Source of the DNA: a virus
Taxonomy: Duplodnaviria; Caudoviricetes
Reading direction: 5' to 3' (one strand)
IMG/VR virus record: IMGVR_UViG_3300011008_000999
DNA length: 64,000 bases
Program-made: the position numbers and the translations under genes
Shown here: piece by piece, positions 47,574-57,581 of the stretch
Numbering within the stretch: the first letter of the stretch is position 1
Layout of the letters: each line of letters opens with the position of its first letter
The notes under the pieces: generated by a model
Told to the model about the DNA's origin: nothing
Database searches by the model: none
What the model saw: the letters and a program-made list of their open reading frames with translations, nothing else

Positions 47574-48068
47574 TTAATCCTCCATAACTTTTTCCATGAC
47601 ATAATGTGATCTAAATTCATCGTTCATGTGCATATAAATATTTACAGGAAGTTCAAGATGTTCGCCAGTATCTCTATCAACTAATGCAAGAATATGTCCA
47701 CCATTAACAGTATATGATGTACCGTCTATAGAAATTTCAAACATTTCATCTTCACCAGTATGTAATTCTTTTACCTTACGTGGTTGTCCATTCTTACCTA
47801 TTACTACGTCACCTAATTTGACGTCTTTAGCAAGTTTAATTCGTGAACCTACTGGATAGTTTTCATCATTTGAAAATTCTTCAATAGTGAAATTTCTTTT
47901 TACTCGTTTTCCATCAATAAGGTCAACAAGATGATGCTTCCTATATATATTTTTAATTAAATAGTCTTTTACCGTGATTACTTTTTTAATACCAAATCTA
48001 AAAAGTGATAAGGTATAATTTTCATCTGCGACAATAAAACTATCATCATCTAATGAGATCTTATACAT
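47574..48068 (-). CDS. Free-standing intein middle piece (blocks N2+B) preceded by a degenerate internal duplicate
   Basis: IKLAKDVKLGDVVIGKNGQPRKVKELHTGEDEMFEI...YTVNGGHILAL resembles the VMA-type intein N-region after block A; lacks Cys1, block F and block G. Confidence 0.82.
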   Translation of the reverse strand: MYKISLDDDSFIVADENYTLSLFRFGIKKVITVKDYLIKNIYRKHHLVDLIDGKRVKRNFTIEEFSNDENYPVGSRIKLAKDVKLGDVVIGKNGQPRKVKELHTGEDEMFEISIDGTSYTVNGGHILALVDRDTGEHLELPVNIYMHMNDEFRSHYVMEKVMED

Positions 48069-48070
48069 TT

Positions 48071-49433
48071 TTAACGTCCTTTCACTGGAAACCTAAAATC
48101 TATACTATAATATCCTTTAAGTTTATTTCTAGCATATCTACTACATCTAATTTTTCTTATTGCTTTAGATTCTATTTGACGAACTCTTTCTCTAGTTACA
48201 CCATAATGTGCAGCTACTTGCTCAAGAGTTCTAGGAATTCCATCAGTCAATCCAAATCTAAGTTTAATTATTTTCTTTTCTCTATCATTAACAAGAACTG
48301 TGTCTACTACATCTCTTACAAGTTCTTTTAACTCACTTTTCAGCAATTCTTCTTCTGGTGTAGGCTCTTGTGATGGAATAAAGTCACATAAAAGCGAATC
48401 TTCTTTATCTTCACCAGTACCAACTGGAGTATATAATGAAACTATATTACCTTCATAAGTAGACTCATATAATCTAAGAGTTGGAATATCCATAGATGTA
48501 ATAGATGTACTAGCAAAAAGTTTATTTTCGTTAATGTAATCTACTAATTCTTGTTCAGTACATGCTCTATCAAGTTTTCTCTCTAGATCTAATTTTGACT
48601 GTCTATTCTTAACTGCTTGCTCTACTGCGTGTATTGGTAGTCTAATAGTTCTACTATCATTTCCTAAACCTCTAAGAATAGATTGTTTAATCCACCATGT
48701 TGCATAAGTGGATAGTTTAAATCCAAGACTAGGATCAAATCTTTCAACTGCTGTGATAAGTCCCATATTACCATACTAGACTAAATCCATAAATGATAGT
48801 GCAGGTGTTACATAATGTTTAGCAATAGATACAACTAATCGTAGATTTCCATTGATAATTTTATTCTTAACTTCAAGTTTTCCTGTATTTACAAATTCTA
48901 TAGCTAATGCATATTCTTCTTCAGGTGTAAGCATTGGATATTTGCCTATATCTGAAAGATATTGTTTTACACCATCAACTGCACAATAGTCAGGTATTGT
49001 ATCTAGATCTATATCTTCTACATTTTCTACTTCGTATTCATCTGTATGTTCTTCGTCAGGATCAGATTCTACAATTTCTTCAATGGTAAATCCTAACTGT
49101 TCTATATATCTAATAAATAATTGTAATCGCTTAGCTTTAACTGCTTTTGCTATAGCCGCAATGTCAATATATTTATTCTCGCTTGCGTTATTACATAATT
49201 TTTTAATAACTTTAATATCTGCTTCATCAAAGTTATATTTCGATATTTCATTGTTTTCAGTAATTACAATGCCTTTTTCTGTAAAGTAATGGACAGCATT
49301 AATGTGCTGCCCATCAGTTCTAAAATGTGAATTTTTTGTCTACTTCGGCTATAAGAACTGAATAATCTAATGAATTATCCTTAACTAAATTTTTTTCAAT
49401 TGATTGACATTTTTTAATTAAGTCTTTATTCAT
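48071..49433 (-). pseudogene. Second RpoD-like sigma70, disrupted by an extra A (A6 run 49332-49337) and an in-frame TAG (48778-48776)
   Basis: Regions 1.2 (DGVKQYL), 2.1-2.2 (NLRLVVSIAK...DLV*YGNMGL), 2.3-2.4 and 4 all present. Confidence 0.8.
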
Positions 49434-49448
49434 TATTAGCTCTCTCCT

Positions 49449-50705
49449 TTATTCTTCGAACAGACAGCTTATTCGCTCAGTCAGACGGATTTTTCTCTTA
49501 GCCTTATATTCGATCTGACGAATACGTTCTCTAGTAACACCATAGATTTGTCCAACCTGTTCAAGTGTCATAGCTTCACGTCCGCCAAATCCGTATCTTA
49601 ATTTTAATATATTTGCTTCTCGTTCAGTTAAGAAATTTTTGAATACATAGTTAAATTTATCAGCTAGATCATTTCTTTCTACATTTTCAGTTACACTAAG
49701 ATCTTCACTAGGAAGAAAATCTTCTAAACATGACTGTTCGCCATGATCTTCTTCACCTATAAGTGTATTTAACGAAACGGCATTAGTCATATTATAATAA
49801 CCTAGATATTCCTTAACTTTTTCTGCTGTAATAGTCTTATTATTAGAATTAGTTTTAACTACCCAACCGTTTTTATTACAGAGATCCGCAATTTCTTTAT
49901 AATCAGGTATTGTTTCATTATTACCTGCACTTTGAAGTTCTCTAATTGCTCTATGAATATATCTTAACTGCTCTACAGCATGTACTGGAATTCTAATTGT
50001 TCTGCCTTCATCTGCAAGAGCTCTAGTAATAGCTTGTTTAATCCACCAAGTAGCGTAAGTAGAAAACTTAAAACCACGAGCTGGATCAAATTTTTCTACA
50101 GCTTTTATTAGACCAATATTACCATTCTGAATAATATCATCAAATGTAAATGATCCATTTCTTGCAAATACATATCTTTTAGCTATACTAACTACTAACT
50201 TAAGATTATACTCTACTAATGCATTTCTAGCATCTATATCACCACTTTGTGCTTTGAGCGCTAAATCTTTTTCTTCTTCAGAAGTAAGTAGTTTATTATC
50301 ATGTATTTCAACAATATCTTTAAGATACTGCTTAACAGCATCTACAGATACATAATTTTCACCAGAAGATTCTATATGATCTAATTCTTCATCAGTAGGT
50401 TCATTTTCTACATCATTTATTCTTTCAGCATAAGATTCAATAGCATCTTCTTCTATTGCATCCATAAGTTCTTCATCAAGTTCTTCAGGAAGCTCAGTAG
50501 ATTCTGGTTCCTCTTCTTTTAATTTAGGCATTACAATAGTGATCTTATGTTTCTTAAGATAGTCTAATGCATTTGGAATAGTGGTACTGTAGCTAAATAG
50601 ATCTTTATTTTTCGCTATCTCGTTTATTATATCACCATAAAGAAGAGTATGATTCTTAGCCTGCTTTATTAACTTGTCACACTTATTTTTAAGCTTTGAA
50701 TTCAT
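49449..50705 (-). CDS. RpoD/SigA-like sigma70 factor
   Basis: [50 protein letters not shown]. Confidence 0.93.
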   Translation of the reverse strand: MNSKLKNKCDKLIKQAKNHTLLYGDIINEIAKNKDLFSYSTTIPNALDYLKKHKITIVMPKLKEEEPESTELPEELDEELMDAIEEDAIESYAERINDVENEPTDEELDHIESSGENYVSVDAVKQYLKDIVEIHDNKLLTSEEEKDLALKAQSGDIDARNALVEYNLKLVVSIAKRYVFARNGSFTFDDIIQNGNIGLIKAVEKFDPARGFKFSTYATWWIKQAITRALADEGRTIRIPVHAVEQLRYIHRAIRELQSAGNNETIPDYKEIADLCNKNGWVVKTNSNNKTITAEKVKEYLGYYNMTNAVSLNTLIGEEDHGEQSCLEDFLPSEDLSVTENVERNDLADKFNYVFKNFLTEREANILKLRYGFGGREAMTLEQVGQIYGVTRERIRQIEYKAKRKIRLTERISCLFEE

Positions 50706-50740
50706 ACTATCACTCTCCTTTCTATTTATACCATTTTATA

Positions 50741-51613
50741 TTATTTATCATTATAACCTGTTTCTTCATCATCGTAAATAGTTTTTTCATTAAACAATGA
50801 CATATCATCTGAATCAATCAATTTACCTATTACAATGAGACGTCCATTAGTAACATGATAAGCACAAGTAGATAAGGTAACTAATTTATCACCATATTTG
50901 ACATCACCAATACCATCTGTCTTATATAATGATTTGCTTGCTATCCATTTAACATATTCATCAAATTCTTCTTCAGTACAATCTACTACTTCCCAATAAG
51001 GAAATGCACCTTCATTGACATGTGTTAAACATACACCAATAATCTCGTAGGTACCAGTTCTATAGATAGTATCAAAAGTAAAAGTCTTATGATTTTTGTA
51101 AAAATCTTGTTTCTGGAATAATGTCAAATGATTAAACATTGTTCCGGCTCTCATGTGATGTCCATAAATAACTATATTGTCAGAAGGTCTTTCAATATTT
51201 GATGCTGAATTACAGAAAGGCACACCTGCATATTCATATTTCTTATAGAAGTTTCTATGTAAATAGTATTCTTCATCTCCAGGTGTTTGCATTACTGGAT
51301 AATCAATATTAGTACCTTCTACAGTTAACCATCCTACAAAATCATCATTTTGTTCTATTAACTTACTAAAATCTGGTTTAGTACGAACAGCTAACTCATG
51401 TCCATTATTTCCATATCCTAAATCTGTTTTATCTCTAGGAGTATCATCATCAATTGGCACTTCTACAATAAGATCCTTAAGATCCTGTAACTCACTTGAT
51501 GCTTCATGAGTATCATGTAAATAAAGATATATATAAGTACCAACAGTTGAAATTATAAATAGTCCAATAAATAGAAATACATAAGGGACTATATCTCTAA
51601 TTTTGTTTTTCAT
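50741..51613 (-). CDS. srtB: Class B sortase
   Basis: N-terminal TM, IDYPVMQ, IYGHHM, TLSTC and GR motifs. Confidence 0.88.
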   Translation of the reverse strand: MKNKIRDIVPYVFLFIGLFIISTVGTYIYLYLHDTHEASSELQDLKDLIVEVPIDDDTPRDKTDLGYGNNGHELAVRTKPDFSKLIEQNDDFVGWLTVEGTNIDYPVMQTPGDEEYYLHRNFYKKYEYAGVPFCNSASNIERPSDNIVIYGHHMRAGTMFNHLTLFQKQDFYKNHKTFTFDTIYRTGTYEIIGVCLTHVNEGAFPYWEVVDCTEEEFDEYVKWIASKSLYKTDGIGDVKYGDKLVTLSTCAYHVTNGRLIVIGKLIDSDDMSLFNEKTIYDDEETGYNDK

Positions 51614-51628
51614 AATCTCCTCGACCTC

Positions 51629-52408
51629 TTATTTAATTATACTTAGAATGTTCTCATCTAAGTACTGCTTACAACCTTCTTTAAGTTCTTCAGGAACTCC
51701 ATAGAAAGCTTCTGCAATAGCACCAGTAATAGCACCAATAGTGTCACTATCACCACCCATAGAAATTGCAATTCTAATTGCATCTTCAAAATTTTTACTT
51801 TCTAAAAATGATTCAATAGCAACAGGAATAGTTCCCTGGCACGAAACATCAAACTTATATTTAGGTCTTACAAAACCACATCTATGTAACTTATATTTTA
51901 AGGTACCTTCAATATATCGTTTGATTTCTCTTTTTCTATGACCAGTTCTAGCTAAATATACTGCACCTGCTGCAGCTTTTGCACCTCTGATTCCTTCAGG
52001 GTGATTATGTGATGGATTAGCTGAATATTCTGCCATCTTTTCTACTTCTTCAATAGAATCAAACATCCATCCAATAGATGATACTCGCATTGCAGATCCA
52101 TTTCCCCAGCTATTATAAGGTTGAGGATCTTCGCTAAATATCCATTCACAGAATCTTCCACCATATCCAGCACCAGGATATTGTTTACCCCATTTCTGCA
52201 TGGATTCTGTAAAACATTTTTCTATATCCGCTTGTTCAGTTAAATTCTTATTTTTGATTTCTACACAAGCTTCATAGATTGCAAGTGTCATTACAGTATC
52301 ATCTGTAAATCTGTCTTCATAATTGAAGAACTCAAAGTCCTTTCCTTTATAGTCGTAACTTTCAAATCTACTTCCGGCAATATCACCAATAGCTGCACCA
52401 AATAACAT
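51629..52408 (-). CDS. ADP-ribosylglycohydrolase (DraG/ARH family)
   Basis: GDIAG, TDDT, GNGSAMR and GGDSDT motifs. Confidence 0.92.
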   Translation of the reverse strand: MLFGAAIGDIAGSRFESYDYKGKDFEFFNYEDRFTDDTVMTLAIYEACVEIKNKNLTEQADIEKCFTESMQKWGKQYPGAGYGGRFCEWIFSEDPQPYNSWGNGSAMRVSSIGWMFDSIEEVEKMAEYSANPSHNHPEGIRGAKAAAGAVYLARTGHRKREIKRYIEGTLKYKLHRCGFVRPKYKFDVSCQGTIPVAIESFLESKNFEDAIRIAISMGGDSDTIGAITGAIAEAFYGVPEELKEGCKQYLDENILSIIK

Positions 52409-52414
52409 ACTTTT

Positions 52415-54268
52415 TTAACTCCTTATGAAATATTGATCTAATCCATTAATAAAATGAAGTACATTATTAAATAAAGGCAATCCATTTACTACTGTAAATT
52501 CTGGTATTGAAATGATTAGATTATCTTCTGCTCTAGTCATTGCTACATACCAACATCTAAGTTCTTCTTCCTCATCATCTATATCATACTCAACACAGTC
52601 AAGTAAAATAGTGGTAGGCCATTCAAGACCTTTAGCACTATGGATTGTTGTAATTACTACTCCGCCTTCATCATCTTTGTCTTTGACTGAATCTAACGCA
52701 ATATCATCAAGGAAGTCTCTTACATTCTTATAACTAGCTGACATGCTCTTAAGAATTTCATATATTTCCTGATCTCTTTTGATCTTTTCAAGTGCATCGA
52801 ATTTAGCACTGCTAGACATCTTAGTAGAATTTTCTATCTTAGCAGTTCTTAATCCAAAGTAGTAATCAGAAATTTTATCAAGTAACTTAGGAACATCATC
52901 AGTCATAGTTTTATAATCTTCGACTTTAGATACAAGTTCATTAAGATCATTACTGAACTTTCTTGTCTTAAACTTATCCCAGAATCTTTCTTCACTACAT
53001 ACATCTGAAATATCTGTAGCAGCTTTAGCTCCTATTCCAGGAATCATTTTAAGTACATTGAACCAACTAAACTTATCTACTTTCTTATTAGTAAGTGATA
53101 AGAATGATAACATATCATCAACTACAGCATATTCAGTAAACTTAAGACCACCACGCTTGATAAATGGAATACCTGCTTTTGCAAGTTCATTTTCAAGTTT
53201 GAATGATGACATAGATTTACGTTCAATAATAGCAATATCACTTAAATCTTGTCTATGATTCATATTAAGATCTTTAATCTTTTCAATGATCCATTCAGCC
53301 TGCGCTCTATCATCATGATGATACTTAATAGAAGGCTTATTACCATGTTTGTCATTTGCCTTCATATTAGTATATGTCCAAGATCTTACATAATTATTCA
53401 TCATTGCATTAACTGCATCAAGAATTTCTTGTGTAGATCTAAAGTTTGTACTAAGTGTAAATGTATCGCAATCAGGAAATGAATCTATAAAATTTTGAAT
53501 GTTCTGTACTCGAGCACCTCTAAATTTATAGATAGACTGTGAAAAATCACCTACAACTACAATATTTGAATTATATTTACTTAACTTCAGAAGCATTCTT
53601 AACTGAAGATCATTAGTGTCCTGAAACTCATCTACCATAAAGAACTCATAAGTCTTTGCAATCTTTTCACAAATTTCGTCATTATTAAGTAGATCGTTCA
53701 TATAAACTAACATATCATCAAAGCTAAGTTTCTGCTGTTCCATACCAGCTTTCTTAACTTCTGAATATAACTGTCTAATCTCATTAGCATATTCTGAATA
53801 CTTTGTATTATAGATACACTGTTCCACTGTTGCATCAGTATTAGTGATTCTTGAAAAGATCGAACCTAATTTAGTTGCACTAGGGAAATTTTTAAGTGAT
53901 TCATAATATTCATTAGTACTCTTAACATACTCAATAAATGTATTGTACTTAGAACCAGTAAGTATCTCAAATCCAGGCATAATACCAATAGAACGACCAT
54001 ATCTTCTAAGCATAAGACCACAGAATTTATGATATGTAGAAGCATAAACCTCTTTACACTTTTCATTTACTTTAGCTGCACGATATTTCATTTCTTCAGC
54101 CGCAGCATTAGTAAATGTGAGCATAACAATTTTGCTTGGTTCAGTAATATTAGCAAGTATTTGGATTCTACCTATAAGAGTAGAAGTCTTTCCACTACCT
54201 GCACCAGATAATACTGCTGCTGGACCATAGATATGATTTACTACTGCCATTTGCTCTTCATTTAACAA
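52415..54268 (-). CDS. UvrD/PcrA-family SF1 helicase
   Basis: GAGSGKT, DEFQD, QSIY.FRGA, TIHSAKGLEW, YVAMTRA. Confidence 0.93.
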   Translation of the reverse strand: MLNEEQMAVVNHIYGPAAVLSGAGSGKTSTLIGRIQILANITEPSKIVMLTFTNAAAEEMKYRAAKVNEKCKEVYASTYHKFCGLMLRRYGRSIGIMPGFEILTGSKYNTFIEYVKSTNEYYESLKNFPSATKLGSIFSRITNTDATVEQCIYNTKYSEYANEIRQLYSEVKKAGMEQQKLSFDDMLVYMNDLLNNDEICEKIAKTYEFFMVDEFQDTNDLQLRMLLKLSKYNSNIVVVGDFSQSIYKFRGARVQNIQNFIDSFPDCDTFTLSTNFRSTQEILDAVNAMMNNYVRSWTYTNMKANDKHGNKPSIKYHHDDRAQAEWIIEKIKDLNMNHRQDLSDIAIIERKSMSSFKLENELAKAGIPFIKRGGLKFTEYAVVDDMLSFLSLTNKKVDKFSWFNVLKMIPGIGAKAATDISDVCSEERFWDKFKTRKFSNDLNELVSKVEDYKTMTDDVPKLLDKISDYYFGLRTAKIENSTKMSSSAKFDALEKIKRDQEIYEILKSMSASYKNVRDFLDDIALDSVKDKDDEGGVVITTIHSAKGLEWPTTILLDCVEYDIDDEEEELRCWYVAMTRAEDNLIISIPEFTVVNGLPLFNNVLHFINGLDQYFIRS

Positions 54269-54280
54269 ACCACTGTCCTC

Positions 54281-54781
54281 CTAAAACAAATCTTCAAAGC
54301 TGAGTCCATTCTCTTCAAAAGCTTGTCTAACTTTATTCTCTGATCTACGGATAATCCAACGAACTCCTTCTCTTGATAACTTAAATTCTTTTGAAAGAGT
54401 TTCTAATGTCTTACGGTATGTAAAAATTCCATAATAACTAGTAAGTAGATCAAATTCTCTATCAGTAAGAAATTCTTTAATATAGTCAATTAACTTATCT
54501 GGATCATAAGTTCTTATAACTCCGAAAGTGACTTCATCAAACTCAACTTTATTATCATCATGTGTTGTTGAAATATTTTTTAACTTTCTATTTAATGACT
54601 CATATAAGTTCTTTTTAAGGTTCTTGTTTTTACAATGTTCTTTGTTACTTAAGTAGTTAAGCATCGCCATTTGACCATCAGAAAGTAACTCATCCTCATC
54701 ATGCTCTTCATTGGCATATTTCTTTACCAAATTCATAAGGCTCGGCATGAACTCCTCTATAAACTTTTCGTCGAACGTCAT
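54281..54781 (-). CDS. Small sigma70-like protein
   Basis: Region 2-like DELLSDG and region 4 HTH LTDRE...TLE.LSKEFKLSREGVR. Confidence 0.65.
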   Translation of the reverse strand: MTFDEKFIEEFMPSLMNLVKKYANEEHDEDELLSDGQMAMLNYLSNKEHCKNKNLKKNLYESLNRKLKNISTTHDDNKVEFDEVTFGVIRTYDPDKLIDYIKEFLTDREFDLLTSYYGIFTYRKTLETLSKEFKLSREGVRWIIRRSENKVRQAFEENGLSFEDLF

Positions 54782-54804
54782 TATACTAATTTCCTTTCTA
54801 TTAT

Positions 54805-54838
54805 ATTATAACACAGATTTCTCTTAATGTAAATAGTT
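54805..54838 (-). promoter_or_regulatory. Class 1 promoter
   Basis: AACTATTTACA...TGTTATAAT. Confidence 0.75.
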
Positions 54839-54916
54839 TTATATTACAAAAGGACTGGCGTCCCTGTAAGTGATGGACGCCAGTAAGGAAAAGAGAAAAG
54901 TGAAAAAGATAATTTA

Positions 54917-55930
54917 TTATGAAAGTCTGTTTCCAGACATTTCAACAAGTTTATCATATACAAAATTCATAGACTGAATAATCTGTGGATGAGGTGCACC
55001 AGTAGTACCATGCTTTCTAAGATTAAGTATATGCTGCCACTCGATTTCATTTGCAGTTATAATAATCTCAGTCTTTACACTTGTAGGAAGTACATCTCTT
55101 GCAAGCTGAGGTTTAACACCAAGCATAAGAAGTTTGAAATAATCATACTCAGCTTTCTCACATGCATCTTTCCAGGTTGCATATTCTTCAGTACCATCTA
55201 CAAAATCTGCAGGACAAATTACAGTAATCTCATTACCAAACTTATCCTTAGAATAGTTACAATATCTAGTACTTTCCTGAGCAAAAGATGCAAGTCTATG
55301 ACGTACAAACTCATGTGTAATACCTCTATCACATATTACCTTAACAGTATGTACATAATGTCTTGAGATAAGTTTATTAGCACTTTCAGTATCTGCACCA
55401 AACATAGCTTTAGCTACTTCAATAAACTTTTCTCTAGTAAGAACCATTACCTTATTCTGATCTTCTGTGTAGTCTTTAACTTCTCCAATATCATCAAAAA
55501 CTTCAGGATATTCTGCTGCAAGTTTCTTATGAATGAATTTAGATAAATAGCTACAACTACGCATGAATGATTCATTATAGATAGCTATAAAAGCTCTAAA
55601 AGAACCAGAAATAATAAAATGTGCACCACAGTCTGTAATATTGATGAAATTCTTAAGAGGGAAATTAGTTCCGTCTATATCAATATCATTATTAACTACT
55701 GCCTGTACAAAAGGTACTGCAACATCATTAGCAACCATAAGAATAATATGTGAGTGCTCAAGCATTGCAGTATGTCCAGAATTTTTAAGTCCTTTTACAA
55801 ATTTTACTGCACTATCATCAGTAATGTTGTTCTCAGACTTATAGCAAGTACGACCTGCCATTTCCATAAACTGATAAGGTGACATACCTGTAGGATCAAG
55901 ATATGTCGTTGAGGGTTCAATAATTCTCAT
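54917..55930 (-). CDS. thyX: Flavin-dependent thymidylate synthase
   Basis: GH.AMLEH and RGITHEFVRHR..SFAQESTRY. Confidence 0.92.
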   Translation of the reverse strand: MRIIEPSTTYLDPTGMSPYQFMEMAGRTCYKSENNITDDSAVKFVKGLKNSGHTAMLEHSHIILMVANDVAVPFVQAVVNNDIDIDGTNFPLKNFINITDCGAHFIISGSFRAFIAIYNESFMRSCSYLSKFIHKKLAAEYPEVFDDIGEVKDYTEDQNKVMVLTREKFIEVAKAMFGADTESANKLISRHYVHTVKVICDRGITHEFVRHRLASFAQESTRYCNYSKDKFGNEITVICPADFVDGTEEYATWKDACEKAEYDYFKLLMLGVKPQLARDVLPTSVKTEIIITANEIEWQHILNLRKHGTTGAPHPQIIQSMNFVYDKLVEMSGNRLS

Positions 55931-55960
55931 TTTGTAATTTCCTTTCTTATATTTATATAA

Positions 55961-56332
55961 TTATGATAGAGCTTTCTTTACTGCTTCTACAACTCTATCT
56001 GCTTGAAATGGTTTAACAATAAAATCTTTTGCTCCAGCTTGTATACAATCTATTACCATAGCTTGTTGTCCCATAGCAGAGCACATTATACACTTAGCTG
56101 AACTATCAAAAGCTTTTATGTTTTTTAGTGCTGTGATGCCATCTACATCTGGCATAGTGATGTCAAGAGTAACTAAATCTGGTTTAAGTTCTTGATATTT
56201 ATCAAATGCTTCATTACCGTCTTTGGCTTCTCCAATAACGTCAAATCCATTTTTAGTTAAAATATCCTTGAGCATCATTCGCATAAATGCTGCATCATCT
56301 ACGATTAGTATTTTAGACATAATTAACCTCAT
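55961..56332 (-). CDS. cheY: Chemotaxis response regulator CheY (Firmicutes type)
   Basis: VDDAAFMRMM, LDITMP, MCSAMGQQ, FIVKPF. Confidence 0.9.
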   Translation of the reverse strand: MRLIMSKILIVDDAAFMRMMLKDILTKNGFDVIGEAKDGNEAFDKYQELKPDLVTLDITMPDVDGITALKNIKAFDSSAKCIMCSAMGQQAMVIDCIQAGAKDFIVKPFQADRVVEAVKKALS

Positions 56333-56778
56333 TATTTATTTGTTGTTTCTATATCAACAGCTTCTTCATTTTTAATTAAAAACTTTGGAATCCTATTTGG
56401 ATTTTTCTCATAAAATTCTTTTCTTACTTGATTACAATTAGCATATCCTTTACTATTAAATATATCATCAATATATTGTACAACTTCTTCAAAGGATAGC
56501 TTTTCAAAATACTCAGTATTAGGTATACGATTTCTATTGAAATGAGTATGACATGTAGTCTCAATAGAATATAAATAGGTCATAGGGCTAATAGCCACTC
56601 TAAGGATCTTATTACCTCCGTTATTACTACCGGATAGTGATCTAAACCTTTGAGCAGGATTAGTCGTACGACCTATTTTAATATTTCCTTGTGGATAATT
56701 CTGAAGTACATATATGTACAATTGATTCTCATCTGCAATAGTTTCTCGTATATCTGAAAGATTCATATATACATTCAT
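56332..56778 (-). CDS. GIY-YIG (T5orf172-like) protein
   Basis: YIYV..KIGRT.NP..R...E..H..F...R...EYF. Confidence 0.75.
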   Translation of the reverse strand: MNVYMNLSDIRETIADENQLYIYVLQNYPQGNIKIGRTTNPAQRFRSLSGSNNGGNKILRVAISPMTYLYSIETTCHTHFNRNRIPNTEYFEKLSFEEVVQYIDDIFNSKGYANCNQVRKEFYEKNPNRIPKFLIKNEEAVDIETTNK

Positions 56779-56789
56779 TCTATTCTCCT

Positions 56790-57581
56790 TTAATGTACTA
56801 ATGTATCATACATCATGATAGGAGTATTTTCTTCCATACATCCAGTACCACCACAAATAAGTATACTGGTACTTGGAACTGTTTCATACAACTCGTCATT
56901 CTTATTTTGATCATTAAGATACCAGCCAATTGGGCTGACTTTTTGAGTATTTGGATTAATCGTAAGTCCCATAGGAACAATATTCCAGAACTTATCATCA
57001 TTAGGTGTAAATGAAGCTCTATTAGGAATAGGTTGTCTCTTTTTACACTCTACCATAATAACACCCTGGTCAATAAAGGTTTTAATGTAGTAATAAGAAT
57101 AGTGAATTGATTTATCTGACATTTCAGTAACAAATTCTTTCTTATCTACTTCCTTACCAGATCTATCATAGTTGATATAGATGTATCTACTATCATAAAA
57201 GATAATTGACGTACCTAAACGTTTTTCAGCAATTTCGTATACCCAATCATCAAAAGGTGCGCGTCTTAAGAATATTAACTTTACAATTATTCCAAATAGT
57301 AAGATTACTAGTGAAATTACTATTAGACCCATACAGAAATACATTCTGTATATTTTATTTGCAGTTAGCTTCATGAAAATCGGATTTCCAGTTTTAACTG
57401 CTACAATTGCTGCGACTATAGCAAGAACAGCAAAGACTAATCCAAAAATAGCTAAGAATCTACATATCTTAAATGTTTTATACGCAAACTGATGTTTAGG
57501 CTGTATACCTTTTAAGACTTGGACGTCATCATGAGAATCAGCAATACTATCATGTACTGCTTTTGCTTCTTGTTGAGCCAT
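56790..57581 (-). CDS. FtsK/SpoIIIE ATPase N-half (2 TM helices) ending in a 16-aa intein N-tag
   Basis: Ends ILICGGTG|CMEENTPIMMYDTLVH*: half Walker A followed by intein block A (56790-56840). Confidence 0.85.
   Translation of the reverse strand: MAQQEAKAVHDSIADSHDDVQVLKGIQPKHQFAYKTFKICRFLAIFGLVFAVLAIVAAIVAVKTGNPIFMKLTANKIYRMYFCMGLIVISLVILLFGIIVKLIFLRRAPFDDWVYEIAEKRLGTSIIFYDSRYIYINYDRSGKEVDKKEFVTEMSDKSIHYSYYYIKTFIDQGVIMVECKKRQPIPNRASFTPNDDKFWNIVPMGLTINPNTQKVSPIGWYLNDQNKNDELYETVPSTSILICGGTGCMEENTPIMMYDTLVH

Noticed and set aside
48776-48778. Genome-wide TAG-to-Gln (code 15) or TGA-to-Trp (code 4) recoding
   Set aside because: Long genes (832, 617, 418 aa) have no internal TAG/TGA, and many genes end in TAG or TGA next to the following RBS or start; internal stops are rare and of all three types.
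49280-49337. Second bypass element (TTT TAG...hairpin...TTT, 40 nt) in the sigma paralog
   Set aside because: The skipped region translates in the shifted frame as NSHFRTDGQHINAVHYF, which aligns with the paralog (NALDYL); a single extra A is simpler.
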